From positions 31,186,001-31,250,000 of the forward strand of contig OZ024752.1 in assembly GCA_964016885.1 (NCBI GenBank): a stretch of DNA of 64,000 bases, given 5' to 3'. The DNA comes from Eledone cirrhosa. Lineage: Eukaryota. Of the stretch, positions 12,090 to 23,523 are shown piece by piece. Below the pieces are notes generated by a model that saw only the letters and a list, made by a program, of their open reading frames with translations, made no database searches and was not told the DNA's origin. A program made the position numbers and the translations under genes. Positions within the stretch are counted from its first letter, which is position 1. Each line of letters starts with the position of its first letter.

Positions 12090-12750
12090 CGAATAAACAA
12101 ACTAAAGAAAAAATTAGAAATAAGAGGGATCGGATGTTGTTTGCTCGAGAGAAGGCTACGTTGGTATGGACACGTGATGCGCATGAAAGTCGATAGCTGT
12201 ATAACAAAGTGCAGGGCAATAAAGATAGACGGTAGCCACGGAATAGGCAGACCTAGAAAAACCTGGGACGAGCTGATAAACTCCGACCTCACACACTTAC
12301 ACCTCTCCAAGACAATGTCACTGGACCGAGACCTTTGGCGGTACTCAGTAATAGAGAAGACCCGCCTTACCTAAATACATAGTAAAACCTACTACAGTCA
12401 GTAGGCATCTCTAACAAAACACCCCCCGTCCCCCCACCCCATCCACACCGCCCCCTTCTATGTAAAGTTATGTTGGTGCCACACCATCCAGGCCGAAACA
12501 AATGAGATCGTGTAGGTGTCACGACAAAAAAACACACAGTCCACGCTGTAATGTGGCCGTGTAGGCAACACGGTAAAAACCTCCCAGACCCACACTAAAT
12601 GTGGTTGGTGTTAGGAAGGTCATCCAACTGTAGAAAACCTGCCAGACAGTCCTATGCGAGCAAGACAATCACTCTTGCCTCAAGTGGGAAAACCCCCGTC
12701 CAAACCCATGCAAGCGTGGAACACGGACGTTAAACGTTGATGATGATGAT
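12090..12750 (+). mobile_element. 5'-truncated RTE-clade LINE (ORF C-terminus + 3' UTR)
   Basis: ERRLRWYGHVMRM..GRPRKTWDELINSDL..DRDLWR is the typical RTE C-terminus. 3' end GGACGTTAAACGTT(GAT)n. Confidence 0.85.
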
Positions 12751-13189
12751 ATATATACATACATAATATATATGCTTGTGTGTGTATATGATATATATAT
12801 ATATATATATGTGTGTGTGGTGTGTATGTAGAAACCTGTCTGTACATGCATATACATGACATGCATATTGCTTCTTATCTAATGCATTTAATGTCACTTA
12901 AGGTGCAAATATTTAAAAAAAAGTTTATTTCAAACAATATAAATAATCCTTTCTTACGTGGATATAATATGTAAGTTAATCTTTTCTAAGTGAAAGACAT
13001 GGAGTGGGGCTGTTGTGAGTCATTCTTTCCCCAAGGACACAAACAAAAGTGAAATAATGTCAGACGATAGTATTAGCCTTAATACAGACACAAGTCATTA
13101 CTATTATATGGTACTATATGTTATAGAGATTGTATATTAGCTGGATGATTCTTTTTGATACACTCTGTATATGTTACATTATATATATA

Positions 13190-14100
13190 TGTTGGACTGG
13201 CAGTATCAGTAGAGGGTCGGATGCCATGCTTTGACGCATAGAGTTACGGCCCTTGCCATTCTGAGTTCAAATCCCGCCGAGGTTAGCTTTGCCCTTCATC
13301 CTTATGGGGTCTATAAAATAAAGTACCAGTAATACACTGGTTAATTGCTAGCCTTGTGCCAAAAGTAGAAACAATTATATATATATAGACGGTCGGACGC
13401 CTTGCTTTGCAGCAAAGAGTTACAGCCCTTTATGGTCTGAGTTCAAATCCCGCCGAGGTCAACTTTGCCTTTCATCCTTACGGGGGTCGATAAAATAAAG
13501 TACCAGTAATGCACTGGGTAATTGCTGGCCTTGTGCCAAAAATAGAAACAATTATATATATATATGGCGGTGGATTGGCAGTATCGGTAGAGGGTCGGAC
13601 GCCATGCTTTGAAGCATATAGTTACGTCCCTTTATGATCTGAGTTCAAATCCCGCCGAGGTTAACTTTGCCTTTCATCCTTACGGGGTCGATAAAATAAA
13701 GTACCAGTAATGCACTGGGTAATTGCTGGCCTTGTGCAATTATATTATATATTATATTGGATTTTATATACATATATTGGTGAAGGCATGTGGCTTTGTG
13801 GTTAGGGTATCCAGCTCACAATCTTATGGTTGTGTGTTCAATTCCCGGCAGCGCGTTGTGTCCTTGAACAAGACACTTTATTTCATGTTCCTCCAGTCGA
13901 CTCAGCTGGCAAAAATGAGTTGTACCTGTAGTTCAAAGAACCAGCCTCGTCACACACTGTCACACTGAATCTGCCTGAGAACTACGTAAAGGGTACACGT
14001 GTTGTGGAATGCTCAGCCACTTGCATGTTAATTTTGCGAGCAGGCTGTTCCGTTGATTGGATCAACTGGAACACCCATTGTAACCAACGGGGTTCTTCCA

Positions 14101-14144
<44 letters not shown>

Positions 14145-15005
14145 CTATCATGACTCGTGCACTGTTTAGTTTTCTGACATTTGTACATTATTCTTTGTAC
14201 TATACATGCACTTTTGATGAATTGTAGTGCACCTGAGCACTGTACACAATAATTTTCATTAGCATGTAGTTACAGCTTTTTATGTTCTGAGTTCAAATCC
14301 TGGCATGGTTAGCTTTGCCTTTCATCCTTACGGGGTCGATAAAATAAAGTACCAGTAATGGACTTGGGTCGATTTAATTAACTTTCCCCTCCCCCAAAAT
14401 GGTTGACCTTGTGGCGGATTGCCAGTATTGATAGAGGGTCTGACGCCATGCTATGCAGCCAAGAGTTACGGCCCTTTATGGTCTGAGTTCAAATCCCGAC
14501 GAGGTTAACTTTGCCTTTCATCCTTACGGGGTCGATAAAATAAAGTACCTGTAATACACTGGGATAAATGCTGGCCTTGTGCCAAAAGTAGAAAGAATTA
14601 TTCTTTGTACTATACATGCACCTTTGATGAATTGTAGTGCACCTGAGCACTGTACACAATAATTTTCATTAGCATGTAGTTACAGCTTTTTATGTTTCTG
14701 ACTTCAAATCCCGCCATGGTTAGCTTTGCCTTTCATCCTTACCAGTAATGCATTTGGGTCAATTTAATTGACTTTCCCCTCCCTCAAAATTGTTGGCCCT
14801 GTGCCTAAATTAGTAATCTTGGATTGGCAGTATCGGTAGAGAGTCGGACACCATGCTTTGAAGCATAGAGTTACGTCCCTTTATGATCTGAGTTCAAATC
14901 CAGCCGAGGTTAACTTTGCCTTTCATCCTTACGGGGTCGATAAAATAAAGTACCAGTAATGTACTGGGTCATTGCTGGCCTTGTGCCTAAAAATAGAAAC
15001 AATTA
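13190..15005 (+). mobile_element. Cluster of head-to-tail tRNA-derived SINEs, including a CORE-like SINE at ~13780-14260
   Basis: Repeated TGGCAGTATCGGTAGAG (A box), GAGTTCAAATCCC (B box), CTTTGCCTTTCATCCTTACGGGGTCGATAAAATAAAGTACCAG core and GGCCTTGTGCC..AGAAACAATT tail. Confidence 0.85.
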
Positions 15006-15029
15006 TATTATATATTAAATTATATGTTA

Positions 15030-15371
15030 TGGAGGCACATGGTTTAGTGGTTAGAGCATTGGCCTTGCAATCGAAAGGTTGTGAGTTCAATTCTCAGACC
15101 GGGTGATGTGTTGTTTCCTTGAGCAAGACACTTTATTTCACATTGCTCCAGTTTACTCAGCTGTAGAAATGAGATGATAGGGACTAGGGTCCATATCATT
15201 CCACTGCAAAGTGGTCGTGGAGGTGCCACGGCAAAAAAGCACCCAGCCCACACTGTAAATGAGGTTGGTGTTAGGAAGGGCATCCGGCTGTAGAAATCAA
15301 GCCAGAATCAGTTCCCGTCCCACCCTTGCAAGCAGGGAAAAGCGGACGTAAAATGAAATGATGATGATGAT
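15030..15371 (+). mobile_element. Full-length tRNA-headed SINE with RTE-type tail
   Basis: TGGTTTAGTGGTTAGAGC / GAGTTCAATTC boxes and (GAT)n tail. Copies at 5107-5372 and 41200-41632. Confidence 0.8.
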
Positions 15372-15405
15372 ATTATATTAAATGTTCTCTGTTTTCTATT
15401 TGCAG

Positions 15406-15594
15406 GTTTGCGGAGTTTTGTTTGTTACATTATCAACATGGCTACTGATAGATAAAAATAAACTGGTTCGGAATTGGATGGAGTTTTTCTTAGATCCAGT
15501 TTCCTTGATTTGTTTAGCTGGTGGCATTGTTGTCATTGTAGCTTTCTTTGGATGTATGGGATCATTGCGAGAAAAAACATGTTTTCTTCATGTG
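15406..15594 (+). CDS. TspanC8-type tetraspanin, internal exon (TM1 end, EC1, TM2)
   Basis: tttgcag|GTT..GTG|gtaagt, 189 nt. VCGVLFVTLSTWLLIDK..DPVSLICLAGGIVVIVAFFGCMGSLREKTCFLHV contains the tetraspanin FxGCxGxLRE signature. Confidence 0.93.
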
Positions 15595-15804
15595 GTAAGT
15601 ACATTCCTTATATTATCTCTGAATTTGATTGTTCTATTAGAATATTTCTCTCTCTCTCTCTTTCCTCTCTCTCTCTTTCCTCTCTCTCTCTCTCTTTCCC
15701 CTCTCTCTCTCTCTCTTTCCTCTCTCTCTCTCTCTTTCCTCTCTCTCTCTTTCCTCTCTCCTCTCTCTCCGCCCCTCCCCCTCTCTCTGTATATATATAT
15801 ATAT

Positions 15805-15975
15805 AGTGTTAGAAGGTAAGGCGACACAAACACGAGATGAACAGTTTTCCTTCGTCTGCTGTTTACTACAGGTCAAGGATGTTTAAAATGCACCAAAACA
15901 TCCTTGACCCGTAGTAAACAGCAGACGAAGGAAAACTGTCCATCTCTTGTTTGTGTTGTCTTACCTTCTAACACT
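15805..15975. repeat. ~80-bp imperfect inverted repeat next to (TA)n
   Basis: AGTGTTAGAAGGTAAG..GGATGTTT / AAACATCC..CTTACCTTCTAACACT. Confidence 0.8.
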
Positions 15976-16108
15976 TGTTGTCAGTAACCACTCAGCCTCA
16001 CCTCCCTCAATCCATATTTATACATATATTGCTACTGATCTTATCTTATTGATCTTGTGAATAAGCATAATGATGTTATAACGATATTTTGTTCCTACTC
16101 CTTATTAT

Positions 16109-16138
<30 letters not shown>

Positions 16139-16139
<1 letters not shown>

Positions 16140-16441
16140 ACGAAGGAAATGTGGTAAGGAACCAGGTGGACCATATGCACGACTGGGTTTCCTCCACTCC
16201 CTCTCCCTCTTTCTACTACTGGCAGGTTCAGCTACCCCTTCCTTCCACAAATTGCCATGATAGAATTATGTGTCTCAACAACAAACTTTTGACCAATCCT
16301 TGTGACAATCACTTTTACCATACATAGAATTACCCCTTGAGAAGCTCGGCTATTCATATACCAGGATAAAAATGTTCATTTAATCCAGAATTAGCCGTCG
16401 AAACGGCTTGAGCTCAGCCGTCGAGGTCCTACTTGTTCCTA
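16139..16441 (+). mobile_element. Solo Naiad-family pLTR fragment with a short inverted 5' piece, flanked by (TA)n
   Basis: 16185-16441 matches the reverse complement of 58799-59030. 16139-16180 matches 62260-62302 directly, so it is inverted relative to the pLTR. Confidence 0.85.
16333..16426 (+). ncRNA. Variant type I hammerhead ribozyme (U3-A8 core)
   Basis: CCCC-TTGAGAA-GCTCGGCT..AGCCGTC-GAAA-CGGCT-TGAGCTC-AGCCG-TC-GAGG. Confidence 0.65.
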
Positions 16442-16572
16442 TATATATATATATATATATATTACACACACACACATCAGGTGATACTGAAAAGTTCTTG
16501 GCTTAACTCATTCCACATAATAAAATAAGAGGTTAGTAAAAATGAAATTAGAAAGAACTTCCATCACACCCT

Positions 16573-16637
<65 letters not shown>

Positions 16638-16789
16638 TCATCATCGTTTAACGTCCATCTTCCACGCTTGCATGGGTTTGGATGGGAATTTTCCCACTTG
16701 AGGCAAGGTTGGTTGTCTTGCTCGTATAGGACTGTCTGGCGGGTTTTCTACGGCTGGATGCCCTTCCTAACACCAACCACGTTTACAGT

Positions 16790-16943
16790 ATATATAAAAT
16801 TATATGTTTGAAGAGTAGTCAGACCAAATTTATCCAATTTCTTTTCTCCTTAGTCGACCAGATAAATAAATATTTATCTAATTTATTTCTACGGACTAAG
16901 GAGAAAAAAAATAGATAAATTTTGTCTGACTACTCTTCAAACT

Positions 16944-16955
<12 letters not shown>
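16790..16955. repeat. Imperfect inverted repeat adjoining (TA)n
   Basis: ATAAAATTATATGTTTGAAGAGTAGTCAGAC..CTCCTTAGTC / GACTAAGGAG..GTCTGACTACTCTTCAAACTTATAATTTTAT. Confidence 0.8.
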
Positions 16956-16997
<42 letters not shown>

Positions 16998-17015
16998 ATA
17001 TATGTATATATATAC

Positions 17016-17300
17016 AATATATTAATAAATGGAAACTATATTTATAAAACCATAATTATTTTATTATATATATTTCAAGGGCAACCAAGGCAGTCTTGGT
17101 GCGCTTTCATCAGATCAAATACAAGATTTGTTTTATAAATATTGACATAACCGTGGAAAAAACAACCTTGACGGTTGTTATAAAACAAATCTTGTATTTT
17201 ATCTGATGAAAGCGCACCAAGACTGCCTTGGTTGCCCTTGAAATATATATAATAAAATAATTATCGTTTTATAAATATAGTTTCCATTTATTAATATATT
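17016..17300. repeat. ~120-bp inverted repeat (fold-back PLE terminus) with HHR
   Basis: Arms ~17016-17138 and 17178-17300. HHR at 17195-17259: TATTTTAT-CTGATGA-AAG..ACCAAG..CTTGGT..CTT-GAAA-TATATA-TA-ATAAAATA. Confidence 0.8.
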
Positions 17301-19263
17301 GAATATTTACTCCAGTATTTTGTTGAGTGCTTTATGTCAGTTATAAACTTTTAAGCTTGTTGGAATCCCAACAAATTAAATATAACTTCTGCAAATATAT
17401 ATATGGGTGTGATTTTATATAGCTCTGATTGATAATTATTTACTTAATTCATTCATTCATCGAGCCACACCTTTGAAGGTAGCAAACACTCATATATGTA
17501 TCTGTGACTATGTTTAAATATATATATGTGTGTCCTTATGTATATATATATATTATAGTAGAAAGTCGGGGCTGTCAAAACAGCAAGAGCTCAGCCGTCG
17601 GGCCCCAACTCTCTACTCTATTATCCTAAGTATCGAGTTCACTGCTGAATAATAGTTTTACTAGTTTAAAACTAGTAGAATCCTGATGAAGTAACAAATA
17701 TGAGAAGTGTTAGTCAGTAACACTATAATATTTCGGCTGAGTCAGAGATTTCCTGGACGTCAAATTTATGAAATAGTCACTCCCCCTCCCTCATTAAGGA
17801 GTATAGGACATCCAAGATGGCGGTGAATGGGCACATTGATTGGGTTTAACCCAGGCATGGGCAACCTTTTTCAGAAAGCTTCGAAGGCCGTATATACAGT
17901 TGCTGTGCCGTTTTTTTTTTCTTCAGTAAAATGACTATTTTGATTGACAAACGTCACATCAGTCAGTAAACTAGTAACCCCATCTAGCTTTGAAGTTATG
18001 AACTGTTGGGAACGAGTTCAAACATATTAGGTGTGTTATCTCGTCTGTGCCACTGAAGATAATAAACTTGACGTCACCTGCTTGGAAAGTGAAACATATT
18101 TAGTAAAAGTAGAGAGGCAGAGGAGGGGATTTCAATTTTTATGTCAATTGTTGTAGGGGAGATAACTCTCAGAGAATTAAATTTAAAAGGGGAGATAATA
18201 GTGAAAAACAAAAAAAATCGTTAGATGAGATTCTATTAAACATCCAGGAAAGAGAATAATAAATGGCAAATCTAGTGTTTAATGCATGGGAAGAAACTCT
18301 TCCTTCCTTGCTAAGTAGATTGATTGCCAGTCAATTGAAAGTTAACTTTCCTCGACAAGTCGATGTCTATTTTTTCTAGATAAAAGAACTGGAGCAAATA
18401 TAATGGACATTATATAATCTTGAGACAATATGCTAAACATGTAGGATAATTTACTAGTCTCACATATCACTGTGCTTTGTAAGGTACTGCTGAAGTAGTC
18501 CCATATTTTAGTTCTGTAAGGTACTGCTGAAGTGCTCCCATATATCATAGCATTCTCTCAGGCAGGCATGTCAAATATGCGGCCCTTTACAAGCACACCT
18601 CTGGCCTGTTCAAAGGTGTTTACAGCACGAGCATGTTTTATCTTCGTAATTTAAACATATTTTAAATTAGTTGTAATGTGCGAAATTAGTTGCCATTGGC
18701 GGCCCTAAGACAACAGATGTGACCCTGGGGCACTCTCAGTTTGACAAGATATTGCTGAAGTGCTCCCATATATCATGGTGTCCTGTAAGGTACCACTGAA
18801 ATAGTCCCATATATAACCGTGTTCTGGAAGGTACCACTGAAGTTGTTAGATGGTTATTGTTTTGATATTGAAGTATATCTATCACATTTTGGTTGAGCCT
18901 ATGTGAAACACACCCTTGATGTCATTGATCAACAGTCTTTTCAGGAACTCAGTAGAGCTGACATCATCCTCAATGGTCCCACCACACATCCACTGGATCA
19001 TAGCTCTGTCATTTCTTCTGAGCCGATTCAGACAGTCGGATGACATGGCCTAGGTTTCGCTTGAGAAGGATTAAAGTAAAAATAAAAAAAAATAAAAATT
19101 ATCATCCTTTTCATGTTGGCCTGTAAAAGGAGGACTTTATGCAAAAGTCATTTTTTATTTTAATTATAATTATAAATTTTGAAATATTAAAAAAAAAATG
19201 TTACATGTTTTTCTTTTCCACTAAACCAGTGTTTTCTTCTCTCTCTCTCTCTTTCTTCCACAG

Positions 19264-19446
19264 TATGAAATTAGTATGGTTATCGTCCTCATTTGTGAGA
19301 TTGTTCTCTCCTTGTTCTTTTTTGTCATTTATTCCAAACCTGGTTTAATGACTGAAATTAATATGGAGAAATTTTTCAAAGGTGTTGTTAAATCATACAG
19401 AGAAGACCTTGATCAGCAGAACTTTATTGATAATTTCCAACAGAAA
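19264..19446 (+). CDS. TspanC8-type tetraspanin exon (TM3, start of EC2)
   Basis: ccacag|TAT..AAA|gtaagt, 183 nt. YEISMVIVLICEIVLSLFFFVIY..KSYREDLDQQNFIDNFQQK. Confidence 0.93.
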
Positions 19447-19484
19447 GTAAGTCTCTCTCTTTCTATCTATATATATATATATAC

Positions 19485-19806
19485 GGTCTGAGTTCAAATC
19501 TCGCCGAGGTTAACTTTGCCTTTCATCCTTATGGGGGTCGATAAAATAAAGTACCAGTAATGCACTGGGATAATTCTTGGCCCTGTGCCAAAAGTAGAAA
19601 CAATTATTAAGTTACCATACGTGCGGTGGATTGGCAGTATCGGTAGAGGGTCGGACACCATGCTTTGCAGCATAGAGTTACGTCCCTTTATGATCTGAGT
19701 TCAAATCCCACCAAGGTTAACTTTGCTTTTCATCCTTACAGGGTCGATAAAATAAAGTACCAGTAATGCACTGGGATAACTGCTGGCCTTGTGCTAAAGG
19801 TAGAAA
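19485..19806 (+). mobile_element. Two tandem tRNA-derived SINEs
   Basis: Same boxes and core as 13190-15005. Confidence 0.8.
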
Positions 19807-19876
19807 GTTACCATGCAATGCTATTGTTAGCCATAATATCTTTTTAATTTCCATTGCTTTTTTTTTCTTTTATCAG

Positions 19877-20011
19877 CTGGAATGTTGTGGTATGAATGAT
19901 GATCCTAACACTGGTTACAAAGATTGGAACAGTAATGTGTATTTCAGCTGTAATGTTAATAATACCAGCCCAGAGAAATGTTCAGTACCCTTTTCCTGTT
20001 GTAAGCAAAAA
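19877..20011 (+). CDS. TspanC8-type tetraspanin exon (CCG and PxSCC motifs)
   Basis: tatcag|CTG..AAA|gtaggt, 135 nt. [45 protein letters not shown]. Confidence 0.95.
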
Positions 20012-20069
20012 GTAGGTAGACCTTTGTTTTTCATTCATAAACAATATTTATCTCTTTCTATGTATTTGT

Positions 20070-22340
20070 CTTTCTGTCCACATGTGTTTATGTAAACATG
20101 CATGCCACATTTTTCTGTCCACATGTGTTTATGTAAACATGCATGCCACATTTTTCTGTCCACATGTGTTTATGTAAACATGCATGCCACATTTTTCTGT
20201 CCACATGTGTTTATGTAAACATGCATGCCACATTTTTCTGTCCACATGTGTTTATGTAAACATGCATGCCTCATTTTTCTGTCCACATGTGTTTATGTAA
20301 ACATGCATGCCACATTTTTCTGTCTACATGTGTTTATGTAAACATGCATGCCACATTTTTCTGTCCACATGTGTTTATGTAAACATGCCTGCCACATTTT
20401 TCTGTCCACATGTGTTTATGTAAACATGCATGCCTCATTTTTCTGTCCACATGTGTTTATGTAAACATGCATGCCACATTTTTCTGTCCACATGGGTTTA
20501 TGTAAACATGCATGCCACATTTTTCTGTCCACATGTGTTTATGTAAACATGCATGCCACATTTTTCTGTCCACATGTGTTTATGTAAACATGCATGCCAC
20601 ATTTTTCTGTCTACATGTGTTTATGTAAACATGCATGCCACATTTTTTCTGTCCACATGTTTATGTAAACATGCATGCCACATTTTTCTGTCCACATGTG
20701 TTTATGTAAACATGCATGCCACATTTTTTCTGTCCACATGTGTTTATGTAAACATGCATGCCACATTTTTCTGTCCACATGTGTTTATGTAAACATGCCT
20801 GCCTCATTTTTCTGTCCACATGTGTCTTTATATACATGTATTCACACGTCAGTGAAGGTGCATGGCTTAGTGGTTAGAGCATTGGGCTTGCAATTAGAAG
20901 GTTGTGAGTTTGATTCTCGGACCGGATGATGCATTGTGTCCTTGAGCAAGACACTTTATTTCATGTTGCTCATGCTTACTCAGCTGTAGAAAGGAGTTGC
21001 GATGTCACCGGTGCCACGCTGTATAGGCCTTAGCCTTCCCTTGGACAACATCGGTGGTGTAGAGAGGGGAGACTGGTATGCATGGGTGACTGCTGGTCTT
21101 CCACAAACGACTTTGCCCGGACTTGTTCCTCGGAAGGAAACTTTCTAGGTGCAAATCCCATGGTCATTCGTGACTGAAGGAGGTCTTTACCTTATGCACA
21201 CATCTTTCTGTCCACATATGTCTATATATGTACATCTTTCTGTCCACATATGTCTATATATGTACATCTTTCTGTCCACATGTGTCTATATATGCATGCC
21301 ACATCTTTCTGTCCACATACGTCTACATCTTTCTACATCTTTCTGTCCACATGTGTCTATATATGTATATCTTTCTGTCCACATGTGTCTATATATGCAT
21401 GCCACATCTTTCTGTCCACATACGTCTACATCTTTCTACATCTTTCTGTCCACATGTGTCTATATATGCATGCCACATCTTTCTGTCCACATGTGTCTAT
21501 ATATGCATGCCACATCTTTCTGTCCACATGTGTTTATATATGCATGCACGCATGTCTTTTGTCTATGTGTGTCTATATATGCATGCCACATCTTTCTGTC
21601 CATATGTGTGTCTATATTTACATGCATGCACACACATATTTGTGTCTATGGATCTGTGTCTATATATGTATGCACATGTCTTTCTCTCCAGATGTCTGTC
21701 TATATATGCATGTATGCACACATCTTTGTTTGTGTCTATTCGAGTATCTGTGTGCCTATATATGCATGCATGCACACATCTTTGTGTCCATGTGTGTCTA
21801 TATATACATGTATGTCTATATATATACACGTATGTCTACATATACATGTATGCACACATCTTTGTGTCCATGTGTGTCTATATATACATGTATGTCTATA
21901 TATATACATGTATGTCTACATATACATGTATGCTCACGTCTTTGTGTCCATGTGTTGTCTCTATATGCCTGTATGTCTATATATGCATGTATGCACACGT
22001 CTTTGTGTCCATGTGTTTGTCTCTATATACATGTATGTCTATATATGCATGTATGCACACGTCTTTGTGTCCATGTGTTTGTCTATATATGCATGTATGC
22101 ACACGTCTTTGTGTCCATGTGTATGTCTATATATGCATGTATGCACACGTCTTTGTGTCCATGTGTTTGTCTCTATATACATGTATGTCTATATATGCAT
22201 GTATGCACACATCTTTGTGTCCATGTGTTTGTCTATATATGCATGTATGCACACATCTTTGTGTCCATGTGTTTGTCTATATATGGATGTATGCACACGT
22301 CTTTGTGTCCATGTGTTTGTCTCTATATGCATACATGCCT
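20070..22340. repeat. 41-bp minisatellite and degenerate derivatives, split by a SINE
   Basis: TTTTTCTGTCCACATGTGTTTATGTAAACATGCATGCCACA, about 18 copies to ~20822. Diverging variants at 21200-22340. Confidence 0.9.
20852..21192 (+). mobile_element. tRNA-derived CORE-like SINE
   Basis: TGGCTTAGTGGTTAGAGC, GAGTTTGATTC and TGTGTCCTTGAGCAAGACAC motifs. Confidence 0.8.
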
Positions 22341-22808
22341 ACATATATGACTTGTTTTTAACCTAGCCTACTAAATTATGGTGTAACCCGAGGTCAGTCA
22401 CGGTGAAGCTGGTCTATAACTTATAAGTTGTTGGGCAAAGGAGTAGATGTATGACATAGCCACAGCTTGAAATATATCACACCTCTGTCATTCTAGCCAG
22501 AACCACCCCTGAAATAAAGTAGTGAAGGCGTGGCCACATACAGGCTGCTTCGTTTTGGTATTATTTATCTCATGAAAGGGCGGTGGATAGGCAGTATCGG
22601 TAGAGGGTCGGACGCCATGCTTTCCGGCATAGTTACGTCCCTTTACGATCTGAGTTCAAATCCCGCCGAGGTTGACTTACGGGGTCGATAAAATAAAGTA
22701 CCAGTAATGCACTGGGTAATTGCTGGCCTTGTGCCTAAAGTAGAAACAATTATTTATCTCCATGAAAGATATAGTTGATTAGCTCACTTGAAAAGAGCTA
22801 CAGCTGGT

Positions 22809-23224
22809 TTAACCCTTCAGCATTTACATTAGTTTATATATACTATTGTATTTCCGCAGTAAATGCTTTATCTCACACAATATTGTATCTATGAGATTTT
22901 GATGTTATTTATTTTGAGAACAATACCTTAATGTCAGTATGAGCAGCCAGTTTGAACAGAAAGAGGTGAGAGAATTCTGGCCGGATATGGCCAGTTTAAA
23001 TGCTAAAGGGTTAACCCTTTGGCATTTACATTACTCTATATATACTATTGTATCTCCATGTTAAATGCTTTGTCTCACATAATATTGTATCTGAGATTTT
23101 GATATTATTTATTTTGAGAACAATACCTTAACATCAGTATGAGTGCCAAATTATGGCCAATTTGAACAGAAAGAGGTGAGAGAATTTTGGCCTGACACAG
23201 CCGGTTTAAATGCTAAAGGGTTAA
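22809..23224. mobile_element. Tandem pair of piggyBac-like MITEs sharing a TTAA
   Basis: TTAA-CCCTTYRGCATTTA..TAAATGCTAAAGGG-TTAA, with TTAA at 22809, 23011 and 23221. Confidence 0.8.
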
Positions 23225-23523
23225 AGAAACTGATGCAGCACTTTTTAGTAATAAATTTATAAAACGTAGAAGTTTCATAGGTCCCACTAGCAATAAGTAT
23301 TGTTAGTTATATTAGCAGTAAGGACGGTGAATTGGTAGCAATTGGTAGAGCATCAGACTCCATGTTTCGCAACATGTTCTCATTTCAGATACTGCTGTGG
23401 TTAGCTTCACCTTTCATCTTTACGGGGTAGACAGATAAAATAAAGTACCAGTTGCATACTGGGATTGATTTAATTGTCTTAACCCTTTTCTTTAAATTAG
23501 TGGCTTTGTGCCAAATGTAGACA

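Noticed and set aside
12940-13140. First coding exon of the tetraspanin
   Set aside because: The GTAAGT at 12971 has an in-frame stop just upstream, and nearby short ORFs lack a TM1-like sequence with a phase-0 donor.
13565-13660. tRNA genes at SINE heads
   Set aside because: A/B boxes are present, but there is no cloverleaf and each head continues into a SINE body.
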